From Eledone cirrhosa (Eukaryota), in assembly GCA_964016885.1 (NCBI GenBank), contig OZ024742.1, positions 298,902,001 through 298,966,000 on the forward strand: 64,000 bases of DNA. Direction: 5' to 3'. Shown here piece by piece: positions 43,535 through 57,334 of the stretch; position 1 is the first letter of the stretch, and the number at the start of each line of letters is the position of its first letter. The notes under the pieces are model-generated. The model searched no databases. It saw only the letters and a list, made by a program, of their open reading frames with translations, and was not told where the DNA came from. The translations under genes and the position numbers were made by a program.

Positions 43535-45392
43535 CCACAGAAAGAAGTATAACAGTTTCACTTACGTGTCTCGAAATGTTTTTAGAAAAGTCCTTCTTTC
43601 TAATTCATTCTAGAACTAAGTCTCTGACTACATTACTGCATTAACGAAGTCATTAATATAATTGTATGATGATCCATGGTAGACTGCTATGAATTTGCAT
43701 TAGAATATACATAAAGAAAATCCATTAGGTAGTGACCTTTACACTCCTAAACTCGATAAGTAATGTATTTGTAAATGATATACATTATAATACACTACAG
43801 TGATATTTGATGAACTGCGTATATGAATGCAGGTAAACATGAATGTTTGCAAAATGTTTGCAAACGGATTTTTCAATAAAGCCAAAAGCTGGCTGTGTGA
43901 AGAAATAGCATAGTATAATAAATATAGTGCATTGAAATGAATATATATGACCGGAACAACCTTATATTTCCCTCCCTAAATGAGTCAAAGTTCACACCAT
44001 CACCCTGCTGAGGAATTATATAAAAATATACATTTCTTCGTCTGCGATTTCAATAAGTAATGAAATAAACAGAGAGAGAGAGATAGGCAGTCGTAAATTA
44101 GGAAAGAACACACATATATATTATTAACGCGTTGTCAATATCGATGGTGAATATATTAAGCATAATCAATTTCTATGCCTGTATAAACGAACACAATTTC
44201 TCTGTGTGAAATATGTATTCCATAATTGTATGCACAGGAGTTTTCATTATCATCATTGAAATAAAACTGTGCTGATACTGAGGATATTAATAGGGAAAAT
44301 TAAAGTAAGGATGCTTCTTATCGTTCTTATCGACAAATAATGAATACATTTAGATAGATATTATTATTGTGAGGCCAACAATATTGTGAGAGGGGAAAGT
44401 CGATTATATCGAACCTAGTGCGTTACTGGTAATTTATTTTACGGGGTCAATAAAATAAAGTACCAGTATTAGTTGGAGGTTTGCTCCTGCGATGGACTGG
44501 CCTCCTGTCCACGAGGGAGTCTTGTACTCTCAGTCTCTTCACGCCAGGAAACCGAGATACGTACCTGCCTGAGGAATCTCCTGGCTTGAGACAGACTTTT
44601 TAGACATTCACTCCGGGGAATTATACGGAAATTTTGTTTTGTTTAATATTACTGGTGATACAATTCACTGACTGATCATTGTTGTTCTTAATGTTGTTAC
44701 ATATCACGCATGTGTAATTTTAGATGGCCTTTCATTAGAGAGCACCTTACAGGAGGTTTCTCGAGCGTTTTAATTCTAAGGGTCTCGGTAGAAAGGTAGA
44801 TATTTCTTATAAATGTATGAGTACCAAAATTACTTAGCAAAATATGACACACAATTCATACATGAGTGTGAGAGGCCGCCATAGTTGTATTCGTTCGTCT
44901 TTTTTTTTATCAAGAAATATACTTGGTATAGTTATATAGAATTGTGTTATGTCATCGATAAAATATTGTATGTCTTATGTGATTGCAAACAGAACAATTG
45001 CAGCGTGATCGATATTCATTATATTAAAAAAAAGAAACATTTAATCTTTCTCTAAAATCATATTTGGTTAAATCTCCACGAGAGAGTTAGATTTACAACA
45101 CTGAAATATTTCAATATCCTAACTGTTGAGTTTTCATTTAGGTTCCCTGTAGCCAGAGTCTATATTCTCTAGTCAGACAATTGATTTATATACCTGGAAT
45201 TAATCAGCTAGGTGTTTAACAATACTCGTAAAACGTAATGTTCGATGAAGCGAATAATTTGAATATTTCTCTAAACTAATAATAATAATAATAACAATAA
45301 TAATAATAATAATATATATATTATATATATATATATAAATATAATATATATATATATAATAATAATATATATATATATATATAATAATAATA

Positions 45393-45423
<31 letters not shown>

Positions 45424-45427
45424 TAAT

Positions 45428-45486
<59 letters not shown>

Positions 45487-45624
45487 AGCAAATGGGATAT
45501 TTAATTTGTTGGTAAATCAACAAATATATATGTTTATAACTGATTCGAAACACTCGACAGATTTTCTGGAGTATACTATGAATGATATTAAATAAATTGA
45601 AACTATATTTATAAAAACCATATT

Positions 45625-45685
45625 TATTCTATTATATATATTTCAAGAGTACCAACACTCTGGTACGCTCTCATCAGATAAAATA
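45625..45685 (-). ncRNA. Minimal type I hammerhead ribozyme, canonical core
   Basis: Minus strand: tattttat-CTGATGA-gagcgtacca-gagtgt-tggtactctt-GAAA-tatata-TA-atagaata. Confidence 0.8.
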
Positions 45686-46076
45686 CAAAGTTTGTTTTAT
45701 AAATATTGATATATCCAGGAAGAAGTTCTTAACGGTTCAAGTTTTTCCTGGATAGTAACAGGAAAGAAGGGAAAGAGAAGAAAAGTCACGTGTGGTTTAT
45801 TTCTATAAAATCACCAATAATACCTATACTTGCACAATTATTAATCTATATAGATATTTATATACTTACAACCTGTTGCAATGTAATAAGATAAAATTTA
45901 CTTACAACCATAATTCTTCATATAATCTAATTGATTATATATATATAATATTATAAGTCATAATATAGCTAAATAATTTTTTGAATTCTGGTATCATGTT
46001 CCACCATTCCTACAAACTGTTAATTCTTTTTAAATTCACGTAAATACAAGCTTTTCTTTCTTTCCCTTTCTCCTTC

Positions 46077-46178
<102 letters not shown>

Positions 46179-46201
46179 CGTATAAAAATCAATACAATAT
46201 A

Positions 46202-46279
46202 ATTACCTCATTACCAGAGGTTTCCCGAATGAGGCGAATACGAAATAAACGACTTCATTCGTTCGTCAGACGAGGCAAT
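46202..46279 (-). ncRNA. Type I hammerhead ribozyme, canonical core (left arm)
   Basis: Minus strand: attgcctcgt-CTGACGA-a-cgaatga...tcattcg-g-GAAA-cc-tct-gg-TA-atgaggtaat. 10-bp stem I. Confidence 0.8.
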
Positions 46280-47287
46280 ATAAAACATGGGCAAATACTT
46301 AGAAAAACACATCAAGAAAATCAAAAAAAGATATAGATAAATGAAATAGAAATTGAAATATATAAAAATCTATCAAGAAATATAGTTAGGTGTGTGTATA
46401 TGTATGTATATACGCTCACAGATGTGCATATATGTATATGTGCACATGTAAATGTATAGTGAGAAAGTGTGCGTAATTCTAAAATTTAGGGCAAATGTAT
46501 CTATATGTCTGTATTATACAGACAGAAATGGTTACATCGTAAATATATGAATATGAAAGCGCGCGCATAAAACGCCTGGTCACTCGTACACTTAGATGCG
46601 GAAAGAAAGGAGGTAAAGGGAGTGTAATAATTAAAAGAAAAGTATCAGTCTCGATATATTTATAAAACTATAATAACGATAAATTAGAAAGAAAAGATAT
46701 TAGAAAGAAAAAATTAAAGAAAAAAAAAAAAAAAAGAGGGGGGGGGGTACATACATACACAGACACGCGAGTCTCACAAAAGAAATGTAAAAATAATTAT
46801 GCGTATACACACACGCGCACTTACACTTCCATACGTTCGATACGTACATACACACACACACACACATACTTATACTCACGCATATAAACCTGTTTGCAGG
46901 CCCACGTATGAAAATGAGTAAGTAAAAAAAAGAGGGAAGGGGGGGGAGAGAAGAAAAAAGGAACAAAACATAAAACCGAGATGTCAAAAACACGGATATA
47001 AAGACACGTACACATACGCATAATATATACATACACACACACACAAACACCTGTACACACACATATATATACACATATATATATATATATATATATATGC
47101 ATCTACATACACGCACGCGCGCGCACATACGTAGTCACTCATGTACATATATAAAAAGTATACACACATTAAGGCGTTCAGCCATATTGAAATGTGGATA
47201 AATAAGTACAAATATAAAATTGTAAGATAGGCTGCGCAAAAATAAAATAAAAATAAAAATGAAAAATATATCTGGATTGAAAAACAT

Positions 47288-48217
47288 AAACCATACCATA
47301 AACCTAATGAAAACTTAAAATATATAAATAAAGGATCTTGCCATCCACCTATAGTTTTTAAAAACCTTATCCCTAATATTAGCCGTAGGATCTCCACCCT
47401 CTCTTCATCAGAAGCTATTTTTAATAAGGCATCCCCCTACTATAATAAAGCCCTCCAAAATAGCGGCTTTAGCGAACCGATTAAATACATACCTAACTAC
47501 ACTAACTCTATTAAACATAAAAATAGGAAAAGAAAAATAATCTGGTTCACACCCCCCTACTCTCTAGCAGTTAAAACTAATGTAGGCAAAAAATTCCTAG
47601 AACTCCTAGATAAACATTTCCCTAGAACACATAGATACTATAAGATCTTTAACAGAAACTGTGTTAAAATTAGCTATTCCTGCGGTCCCCCTATTAAGTC
47701 CTATATCCTCAACAAAATATCACCTAGAGAAAATCAAACTTGCTCCTGTAGAATCAAAAGTGAATGCCCATTACAAGGTAAATGCAACACCAAAGCCATT
47801 GTATATGCGGCTAAAGTGACAACCATCAGCAACAACCATCCAGCCACCAGTGAACGATATGTGGGTATGACGCAAGACAGATTCAAAACGCGTTATTACT
47901 CACATGTCGCATCCTTTCGACATCCAGAAAAAAGATTTACAACAGCTCTGGCTAGCAGTATTTGGGATTTGAAAGACCAAGGCATCCAATATAAACTAGA
48001 CTGGTCAATTTTGAACCAATCTAAAAAATATGCTAGAGGAACAAGAAAATGCACGCTCTGCATAAATGAAAAATTTTGGATATTGCAAAATCTTAAATCA
48101 CCAAAGACCTGCCTGAACACAAAGACGGAAATTTTCACCAGTTGCCCACACATGAAATCACACCTGCTTTCCAGCTCATATAAACTTAACACACTTTCAG
48201 ATACTTATCCTCCATAA
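47288..48217 (+). CDS. 5'-truncated PLE ORF: RT thumb, linker and GIY-YIG endonuclease, frame open, no start codon
   Basis: KPYHKPNENLKYINKGSCHPP, IIWFTPPYS, CSCRIKSECPLQGKC..IVYAAKV..YVGMTQDRFKTRYYSH, CTLCINEK and LNTKTEIFTSCPH, in frame with track ORF 47816-48217. Confidence 0.9.
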   Translation, partial: KPYHKPNENLKYINKGSCHPPIVFKNLIPNISRRISTLSSSEAIFNKASPYYNKALQNSGFSEPIKYIPNYTNSIKHKNRKRKIIWFTPPYSLAVKTNVGKKFLELLDKHFPRTHRYYKIFNRNCVKISYSCGPPIKSYILNKISPRENQTCSCRIKSECPLQGKCNTKAIVYAAKVTTISNNHPATSERYVGMTQDRFKTRYYSHVASFRHPEKRFTTALASSIWDLKDQGIQYKLDWSILNQSKKYARGTRKCTLCINEKFWILQNLKSPKTCLNTKTEIFTSCPHMKSHLLSSSYKLNTLSDTYPP

Positions 48218-49415
48218 ACTCTTATTATTCTCTTTTTAATTACCCTTTCTGACTTACTTTCATTTTTATCCTTGTCAATAATTTCATTTATTTTCACTTT
48301 TATTTATTTTTACTTCACCCCCCCCCTTTATTCTCCGATCCACTTCCTATTTTCTATTTTTTACTTCCCCTTCTTTTACTTCCCTTTTTCCTCCACTAAC
48401 TGATTACACATGTCTTTTGTGTTTTTCAATCCAGATATATTTCTCATTTTTATTTTTATTTTATTTTTGCGCAGCCTATCTTACAATTTTATATTTGTAC
48501 TTATTTATCCACATTTCAATATGGCTGAACGCCTTAATGTGTGTATACGTTTTATATATGTACATGAGTGACTACGTATGTGCGCGCGCGTGCGTGTATG
48601 TATATGCATATATATATATATATATATGTGTGTATATATATGTGTGTGTACAGGTGTTTGTGTGTGTGTGTATGTATATATTATGCGTATGTGTACGTGT
48701 CTTTATATCCGTGTTTTTGACATCTCGGTTTTATGTTTTGTTCCTTTTTTCTTCTCCCCCCCCCCCCTTCCCTCTTTTTTTTACTTACTCAGTTTCATAC
48801 GTGGGCATGCAAACAGGTTTATATGCGTGAGTATAAGTATGTGTGTGTGTGTGTGTGTATGTACGTATCGAACGTATGGAAGTGTAAGTGCGCGTGTGTA
48901 TATACGCATAATTATTTTTACATTTCTTTTGTGAGACTCGCGTGTCTGTGTATGTATGTACCCCCCTTTTTTGTTTTCTTTAATTTTTTCTTTCTAATAT
49001 CTTTTCTTTCTAATTTATCGTTATTATAGTTTTATAAATATATCGAGACTGATACTTTTCTTTTAATTATTACACTCCCTTTACCTCCTTTCTTTCCGCA
49101 TCTAAGTGTACGAGTGTCCAGGCGTTTTATGCGCGCGCTTTCATATTCATATATTTACGATGTAACCATTTCTGTCTGTATAATACAGACATAGATACAT
49201 TTGCCCTAAATTTTAGAATTACGCACACTTTCTCACTATACATTTACATGTGCACATATACATATATGCACATCTGTGAGCGTATATACATACATATACA
49301 CACACCTAACTATATTTCTTGATAGATTTTTATATATTTCAATTTCTATTTCATTTATCTATATCTTTTTTTGATTTTCTTGATGTGTTTTTCTAAGTAT
49401 TTGCCCATGTTTTAT

Positions 49416-49493
49416 ATTGCCTCGTCTGACGAACGAATAAAATCGTTTATTTCGTATTCGCCTCATTCGGGAAACCTCTGGTAATGAGGTAAT
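49416..49493 (+). ncRNA. Type I hammerhead ribozyme, canonical core (right arm)
   Basis: CTGACGA at 49426-49432, GAAA at 49471-49474, GTA triplet ending at 49483. Stem I attgcctcgt/atgaggtaat. Confidence 0.8.
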
Positions 49494-49875
49494 TATATTG
49501 TATTGATTTTTATACATTAAATTTTGCTCTGATACTTACATAGAGCACTCTTCATTTCTATGACCTTTTCTGTTTCCAACGGAAATTTCAATATATATAT
49601 ATATATATAAATGAAAATATAGAAATTAATGTGAGCAAGAAGCCAACAGTATTTCATATATATATATATATCCTAATAATTATTTAATCTACCTAGCGTC
49701 TAAAAATAACGTTTTTTTTCAGCCCTATACCTCAACCTCATTTGGATATTCATCTTAATAATTTGAAATATTTGACTTTTCTTCTCTTTCCCTTCTTTCC
49801 TTTTACTATCCAGGAAAAACTCGAACCGTTAAAATCTTCTTCCTGGATATGTCAATATTTATAAAACAAACTTTG

Positions 49876-49936
49876 TATTTTATCTGATGAGAGCGTACCG
49901 AAGTTTTGGTACCCTTGAAATATATATAATAGAATA
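49876..49936 (+). ncRNA. Minimal type I hammerhead ribozyme, canonical core
   Basis: tattttat-CTGATGA(49884-49890)-gagcgtacc...ggtaccctt-GAAA(49917-49920)-tatata-TA-atagaata. Confidence 0.8.
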
Positions 49937-50368
49937 AATATGGTTTTATAAATATAGTTTCCATTTATTAACATCATTGATATATATATATATATAGTAG
50001 AAATAGAAGCTTTTTGTCTAAAGAAATTTTAGCCTGATAAAACCCCCTAAAAGTGGAAAAGTATGAGTATTGAACTTACATGTTTCAAAAACAAACACAA
50101 ACTTTCTTGAGATATATATCACTCTAAGAATGGGGAATTGAGCTTGAGACACCAATGTTGACAATAAGATTAGTTATGACATTTTTTCAAAGATATTGTG
50201 CTTTGCTTTGTGACGAAATATAAACTACGTAGTTGGGAATCGATCTCTTTAACCATACGACCATGGTTGCAAGTGTATGCATGGGTGTCTCTCACTGACG
50301 CACTAAGGATTTGAAGAGCAAATAGACCAAATATACCTCATTATTTCTTCAAAGTCTTCAAAGTTATT

Positions 50369-50555
50369 GGTGAATTGGCAGTATCGGTAGAGGGTCGGAC
50401 GCCATGCTTTCCAGCATAGTTACGTCCCTTTACGATCTGAGTTTAAATCCCGCCGAGGTTGACTTTGCCTTTCATCCTTACGGGGTCGATAAAATAAAGT
50501 ACCAGTAATGCACTGGGTAATTGCTGGCCTTGTGCCTAAAGTAGAAACAATTATT
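50369..50555 (+). mobile_element. tRNA-derived SINE with TSD
   Basis: Colinear with 19790-19980. TSD attatttcttcaaagtct at 50340-50357 and 50550-50567. Confidence 0.92.
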
Positions 50556-51868
50556 TCTTCAAAGTCTCGACTGTACAGTTTCGCCGACTGGTATGCAGTC
50601 AGAATGCAACTAAAGTGCACTGGGGCCGTGAGGTTGTCGACTTATCAGGAGACCTCTCAGTAAGAACAAGAAGTCTTGATGGTGTGCAACTAAAACATTA
50701 ATCAGTAAGTTTTACCTTATACTGGGCGGATAAATCTTTAGCCTTTTACTATTGAAATAATCAGTCAATGTCTAGTTTCGATCATCATCCAATGCTCTGC
50801 ATTGATGGCGGTGGCGTCCATGTTTGTGACTGAAGTGATGGAGCTAGTACCGAAAGACGGACTATATAGTTTTGAACTTAATAAAGCGTATTCTCTCCGT
50901 CACTGTACACATTTCGAAATCATTTCTATTCTATTCTTGGTTAATTAATAATAAATAACCAAATTAATTGAATGTCTATTTATAAATGTTTAACTCTTTA
51001 ATACGGAATATATTCACATAAGACACCGTTCCATGTGTTCAAACTGACACGATCAATCAAACATATTTTATAAAGGTTGCTTATTGATTGTGACCTATAT
51101 CTTATTCAATTCATATTGAACTGTACATATTTGAAATCGTTTTTCGCAATGACCTATGAATACTTTCATGTAACTATGTGACTAACTTAGCGTCCGATCG
51201 ATTTGTATGTCTCTCTAGAGGTTACTAAACAGAACACTTATTTTAATATATCACTTCATATTGATTCATTTGAACGTAGAAAAAGTATTCAGTTTTCTAA
51301 AGCTGGTAGTTGTGAAGTAAGATAGATGTTAAAGCACAATAATGGTCTATTCATGAAGTTGCTTAACCCCCGCAGCTGAGCAAAGCACTACCTTTCATAC
51401 TATTGTTGTTAATTCTATAATGCATTCTTAATAGTTTAGCAAACAGTCTATGTACTGAACGTAACTGAGAATAGAATACGAATACATGCAAGAGCCACAA
51501 ACAATATCAACATTGTGTTTTGTTATCTTGTCATTTTCCTAAGCAGTTTTTGGCAGCCATCAAACAGAATGTTTGTATACGTTTTGGTTTATTTTTGTCT
51601 GAATTTACGAATATGATTTATTAGCAGGGTCTTCAATTGCATAATTAATTGTTACGGTTTTAAGTGAATTATCAAAAACATTGTAAGGTTATCATCGATG
51701 TGAAATGTATCGACAATTGCTAAAAGCACGATCACATCTAAAATAAAATTCAAATCGTATCTTGTAAAATATTAGACGATATGGAATTATTAAAACTTGT
51801 ATACAACACAATGTTTTTCTGGTGAAATTATATCTGGCTTCTTCACTTAGAACCAAAAAACGTTGTGG

Positions 51869-51903
<35 letters not shown>

Positions 51904-51989
51904 TTGTGTGTATATATGAGTTCGGATCTAGCTGTTGAAATAGCAGGAGCTCAGCTGTAGGAGTCCAGAATTTGTCATATATATATATG

Positions 51990-52171
51990 AATTAGAAATA
52001 TAAGCTATCGCCGTATTTTGACTAAAGAAATTAAAGAACTTAAATTTCTCCGAGGGTTCTTAACCCCACTATCAGGCTAAATGATTTCTTTAATTTCTTT
52101 AGTCAAAATACGGCGATAGCTTATATTTCTAATTTCAAACTCGCTCGCTGTTTCGAAAATATTCTTACTTG
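51990..52171. repeat. Small fold-back: perfect 49-bp arms, 47-nt spacer, one-sided tail
   Basis: 51990-52038 is the exact reverse complement of 52086-52134. Tail at 52135-52171. TA tracts on both sides. Confidence 0.88.
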
Positions 52172-52302
<131 letters not shown>

Positions 52303-52778
52303 TTTGTGCTCATCTGTGTGTGTGAATGCCCACGCCTGACACCATGTGTTTGAATTCTGGGTTTTTTCTTCTGTGTCGATTCAATATAACACGCATTTAC
52401 ACAGATAATAAGATGTGGCTCTAGGAGAGGTTGTAATGATATCATCAAGTGATATGAAATTACGATAATTTTATTTCCATCCATTAGTTAACTAGATATA
52501 TGATATTATATACCCTGAATGATAATAGTGCTGCGTTTCTTCTGGGGGATATAAAAGCCTGGAAACCTTTGATCATAACAACTAAATAAACAGTGTAAGT
52601 AAACGTCAAAAACAGCTCCCAGCATACTATTCAACAAATATTTAGTTAATTTTTTTTCCTTCATGCTTAATGTCTTCTCTTCATTTCTATTTGATTTATC
52701 CTTTTCGTGAGTACGAATATAATTTTTCATAATATTTTATGGCAATAATAATAATAATAATAATAAAAATCAAAAATA

Positions 52779-52820
<42 letters not shown>

Positions 52821-52849
52821 GTAATGATAATAAAAAATAAAAAAGCAAT

Positions 52850-54570
52850 ATCAGTAAAATAGACTATTCACAGAAGACTAAAGAGAGATTTTAACAATAA
52901 TTAAATGGCGAATGTATAGTTGAATTATGATACCAAATAGCAATGAATGTCAAAGGCTTTTGAGTGATCATTTTAATAGAGAGTAGTAGTACAAGACGAA
53001 CACTGAATAGTTACGAGAACTAGAGGAAACTACAGTTTGTCCCCAATATTAAACATTTCAGTAAGGGACGAGATAGAAGGCAGCAACAAGTTGAATAATC
53101 AATTGGAAATCTCTGGGACCAGATGGAATCCAAGACGAATTACTAAATGTTTTGCAAAAATAGCAGTACAACTCAACACGTTGTTAGATGCTGGCCAGGT
53201 GATACCGGAGTGGCTGACAGAGGGAAGTACAGTGTTGTGCATAAAACGCAATACGGTACAGACCGATATCATGCTTGCCATTTATGTGGAAGTTATTGCC
53301 TGGAATAATCACCTAGTTAACGTACAGGTATCTTGATGAACGGAAATGGTGCAAACCTAAGTATAGTGGTACCAAGACTAGCCAAGTCGTGGGTTTATTA
53401 CCACAAAGCCTATGATATGATTCCGCATTCTTGAATCATCGAATAATTGAGCCTATTTTCTATATAGATGATAAACGCAACCACAAGGATATGGTCCGAA
53501 CATGAAAGAGCAGAACTCCCACTGTCATCGCCTCCATCTCTCTGTATGGTGAACAAATGGGGTCCCACGTGCTGGCCTCACCACAGCCCCGGCGGACAGA
53601 ATGGAGAAGGCATTTTCCCGGATGGTGGTAAGGGAGATGCGCTGGAAGAGCCATTGCATCTCGGTAGGCTCACACGGGCGGCTGGCCAGCTCAACGCCTA
53701 TGGTGGTGAGTTGGTATTGTATCACATGTTGAGCAATACTTAAGGAAAGGTATGGAGAAAGGGTGTAAAAAGACCAGCAGAGGTACAAAAGATCAACTAT
53801 TGATTGATAAAATAATCATTGCAGATTGTAAAAAGTGGCACAAGAACTTAGCCAAGGCGTGGGTGAACTAAAAGAAGAGTCTACGACATGATCCCCCACA
53901 ATTGGATATTAGAGTGCCTGAAATTTATTCAAGTTCCAGACAATTTATTGAGGTTTATAGAGATATCGATGGCCATCTGGGAAACAGTTAATTTCTTGTG
54001 GAGAACAGTTAGGCTTGGTAAATATATGAATGACTATATTTCAGGGAGAATTTATTACCACTTCTATTTGTCATATTTATCATCTGCATATATCCCTAAC
54101 CCATGTCCTGAGAAAAGTGAAAATGGGTTATGTGCTAGATGGCATTAAGATCAAACATTAATTATTTATGGCTGATTTAAAGTTTTTTGAAAAAAGAGGA
54201 CGAAATTGACAGCTTAACATCTACTTTAATTCTGATTAGTCAGGATATTAAGATAGAAAAATGTGGTACTGTAACCACAAAACGTGAAAGACTAACAGCC
54301 TAGAGGGATTGGGCATGCATTTAGCCAGACTATTAAAGAAATGGGAGCGGAAGGATATAAGCATTTGGGAGTCTTTGATTTGGATAAGATCAAAGAGAAA
54401 GAAATAAAGATGCTCAAAATTGAATACCTCGTGGGGTTGAGACTTGTAATGTCTAAACTGAATGCCAGAACTGTGTCTCTTATCCTTTGTAGGAATTGAA
54501 GTTGTTACATTGGGGGTGAAGTTATTAAATGGAGGAAAGATGAAGTGTAAATAACTGATAGAAAAACTAG
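52850..54570 (+). pseudogene. Decayed R4/Dong-like non-LTR reverse transcriptase
   Basis: IPEWLTEGSTVLCIK, YRPISCLP, KAYDMIPHSW / YDMIPHNWILECL, IFQG, LFMADLK and YKHLG remnants. It follows a (TAA)n tract. 53470-53760 appears to be an unrelated insert. Confidence 0.75.
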
Positions 54571-55024
54571 GAAAAAACCATTCAATTTAAGGTTAGTGAA
54601 AAATCGATTAAATTGACCCGACCCCAGAAATGGTGAAATGCACGGTAGACCTCATTATGCTTTGAGACTCGGAATCACCTGTGATTAAATGACACCACGT
54701 ATAGTCTGAAACAGGTAAATTTTGCGCTCATATGTATTAACATAATGATTGAATTTAAAAACGCCTGTATACATTTATTATATTTAAACTCCTCAAAGTT
54801 ATGAATTATAATTGTTTCTACTTTTGGCACAGGAGGGGAACCGTACGTCGGTTAAATCGACGCCTTTACGTTACTGGCATTTTATGTTATCGACCACGTA
54901 AACATGAAAGGCAAAGCTATCGTAGAAGAAAAGAATGTTGTCTGAGACTGTATCGATACTGCTAAACCCCCACCATTCTAGAATTCTAAATTATAATAAT
55001 CCACTTCAACTGTAGATATTAAAC

Positions 55025-55216
55025 TACGAGGCATCCTGAAAAAGTTCCTGGCTTTAAGTGTATCATGGAAGGGTAGAGCTGTTACCTTTACATGGGAGGT
55101 GGGACCGTTGCAACAAGTGTATGAATCAGCGAGTGTAATATGTTGAATGAAATCATAATTACCTGATTACCCTGTATTTTATTTTACCCAATTCCAGGAA
55201 CTTTTCAGCACTCATA
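55025..55216 (+). mobile_element. Mariner-derived MITE
   Basis: Inverted ends tacgag..ctgaaaaagttcctgg / ccaggaacttttcagcactcata. Internal R.NKC....YVE* remnant of a mariner transposase C-terminus. Confidence 0.75.
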
Positions 55217-56336
55217 TCCATATGCCAATCACACAGACATACAACATATATCTAACTCCACACTATTTCATATTTCGAACGAATTAATCGCTATAAGAAT
55301 AAATTGATACCTTTTCCTATTACTTTAACCAAAGAAAAATCTAATTATGATAATGTTCTTTTTCAATTCTGTTTTGTATGAAATATAAGTGACCAGAGAA
55401 AATATAAATTCTTTTGAAAATTCAGTCTTAATTGTAAATGTGAAACTAAATCGATTTCAAACTGTTATTTCCAATCATTTATCTAAAGAGAATTCATGTG
55501 GTGCGTCTTCCAGTATTTTTTCTGCGTTATGAATGTCAATGCAAGACGAATACACGATAGACGAACTGGTATAAAATACATTCAATTGTAGAATAAGATT
55601 TAATTCAATTTTATTAATTGATTCACAATAACTTTCAAGCAGAATAAATGACGCCACCAATTTTCTGATGGCTAATTAAACTGCCTTGATTGGGTGATTT
55701 ACTAAGATCTGTGTACTTCTCAGAATTTCAATTAAAAACTTGAAACGTTAATGTGCTTTAAATTTAATCTAATTTTATGCACTCAACATTTTCAATTCCT
55801 TTAAGTTTCCACACGGATAAAACAAAGATTTGTCAGATATGCCAAGTTAGGCTTAATTTCCAAATTATCCGAACATTTATATTAAGAAGAAAATATTTAA
55901 TCGGAGTCATTTCAAGCAGTATAAGGAAAATTTCAAAGTGTTAAACAGTAAAATTTAAATTACTGGCGTTTTCATTGTGTTGCTTTAATGTCACATACTA
56001 CTGCAGAATATATCTTTAGTTTTTAACCAACACTTAGTATCCGAGACAGATGTAAATACCATGCTTGTATATACATTATCCTGGTGAACAGAAAATATTG
56101 GATTAGTCGAACCTTTCCCAAATATCAGTTAGGATTGAATCAGCAACTATATATCCTCTTTAGCTGTTCAAAGAGACATTATTGCCAAACCCATTGTTAC
56201 TAAAGGCTTAAGTAAACAATAAACAAGTAATGCACCAGTAATTTATTAATCGAATTAGCTGTGAAGAATACCATCTATAAAGCAATATCGGTCTATTAGG
56301 TGTCTTAGTGATAATATCATAAACCTAATCAGTTGA

Positions 56337-56573
<237 letters not shown>

Positions 56574-56576
56574 GTG

Positions 56577-56711
<135 letters not shown>

Positions 56712-56928
56712 TCATTAGTTAAGCAAAACAAGACCACAAATTTCACAAGGAAGACATTATTAAATGCACCTAACTTCTGCATGAACCCAGCCACCTAGCT
56801 GCTTTCTACTGCATATTGCACATTGAGCACATGCATTTACGCTTTGGCTTCTAACTAATTCACCAATCTCTCCTCTCATATCTCCTCTACTATCTCCATC
56901 TCTCTCTTTAAGATTGGTTACTCTTGAA

Positions 56929-57007
<79 letters not shown>

Positions 57008-57224
57008 AGGGATAACAAGTTATCATTATAGGTGATCCAGATAGAAGTTGTGAGAACTCTGTATTTTGGATAGTTTTAACGTACGACTTTGTTTGACTCA
57101 ACAAGCTGTTTCCATAGTTAGGTAGCGAATTCGCGAGAATTCCTATGCAGGTTATACTTGGAGTAATAATAGTGAAAGAATGAAGAATAACACGGTCGGC
57201 TGTACAACAAGGGGTTTTATTTCA

Positions 57225-57334
57225 AGTATTAACAATTGTTTCATTGATCAGGTGAGTCTAAAAGCCGTTAATCAATCGAAGTTACGTCACTCGACCTTAA
57301 ATACAGTGTTTACCTCTGATCAAATCATCGGAAT
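57225..57334 (-). ncRNA. Type I hammerhead ribozyme candidate, CCGATGA (U4C) core
   Basis: Minus strand: att-CCGATGA-t-ttgatcag...ctgatcaa-t-GAAA-caattg-TT-aatact. Homologous to 7511-7700. Confidence 0.68.
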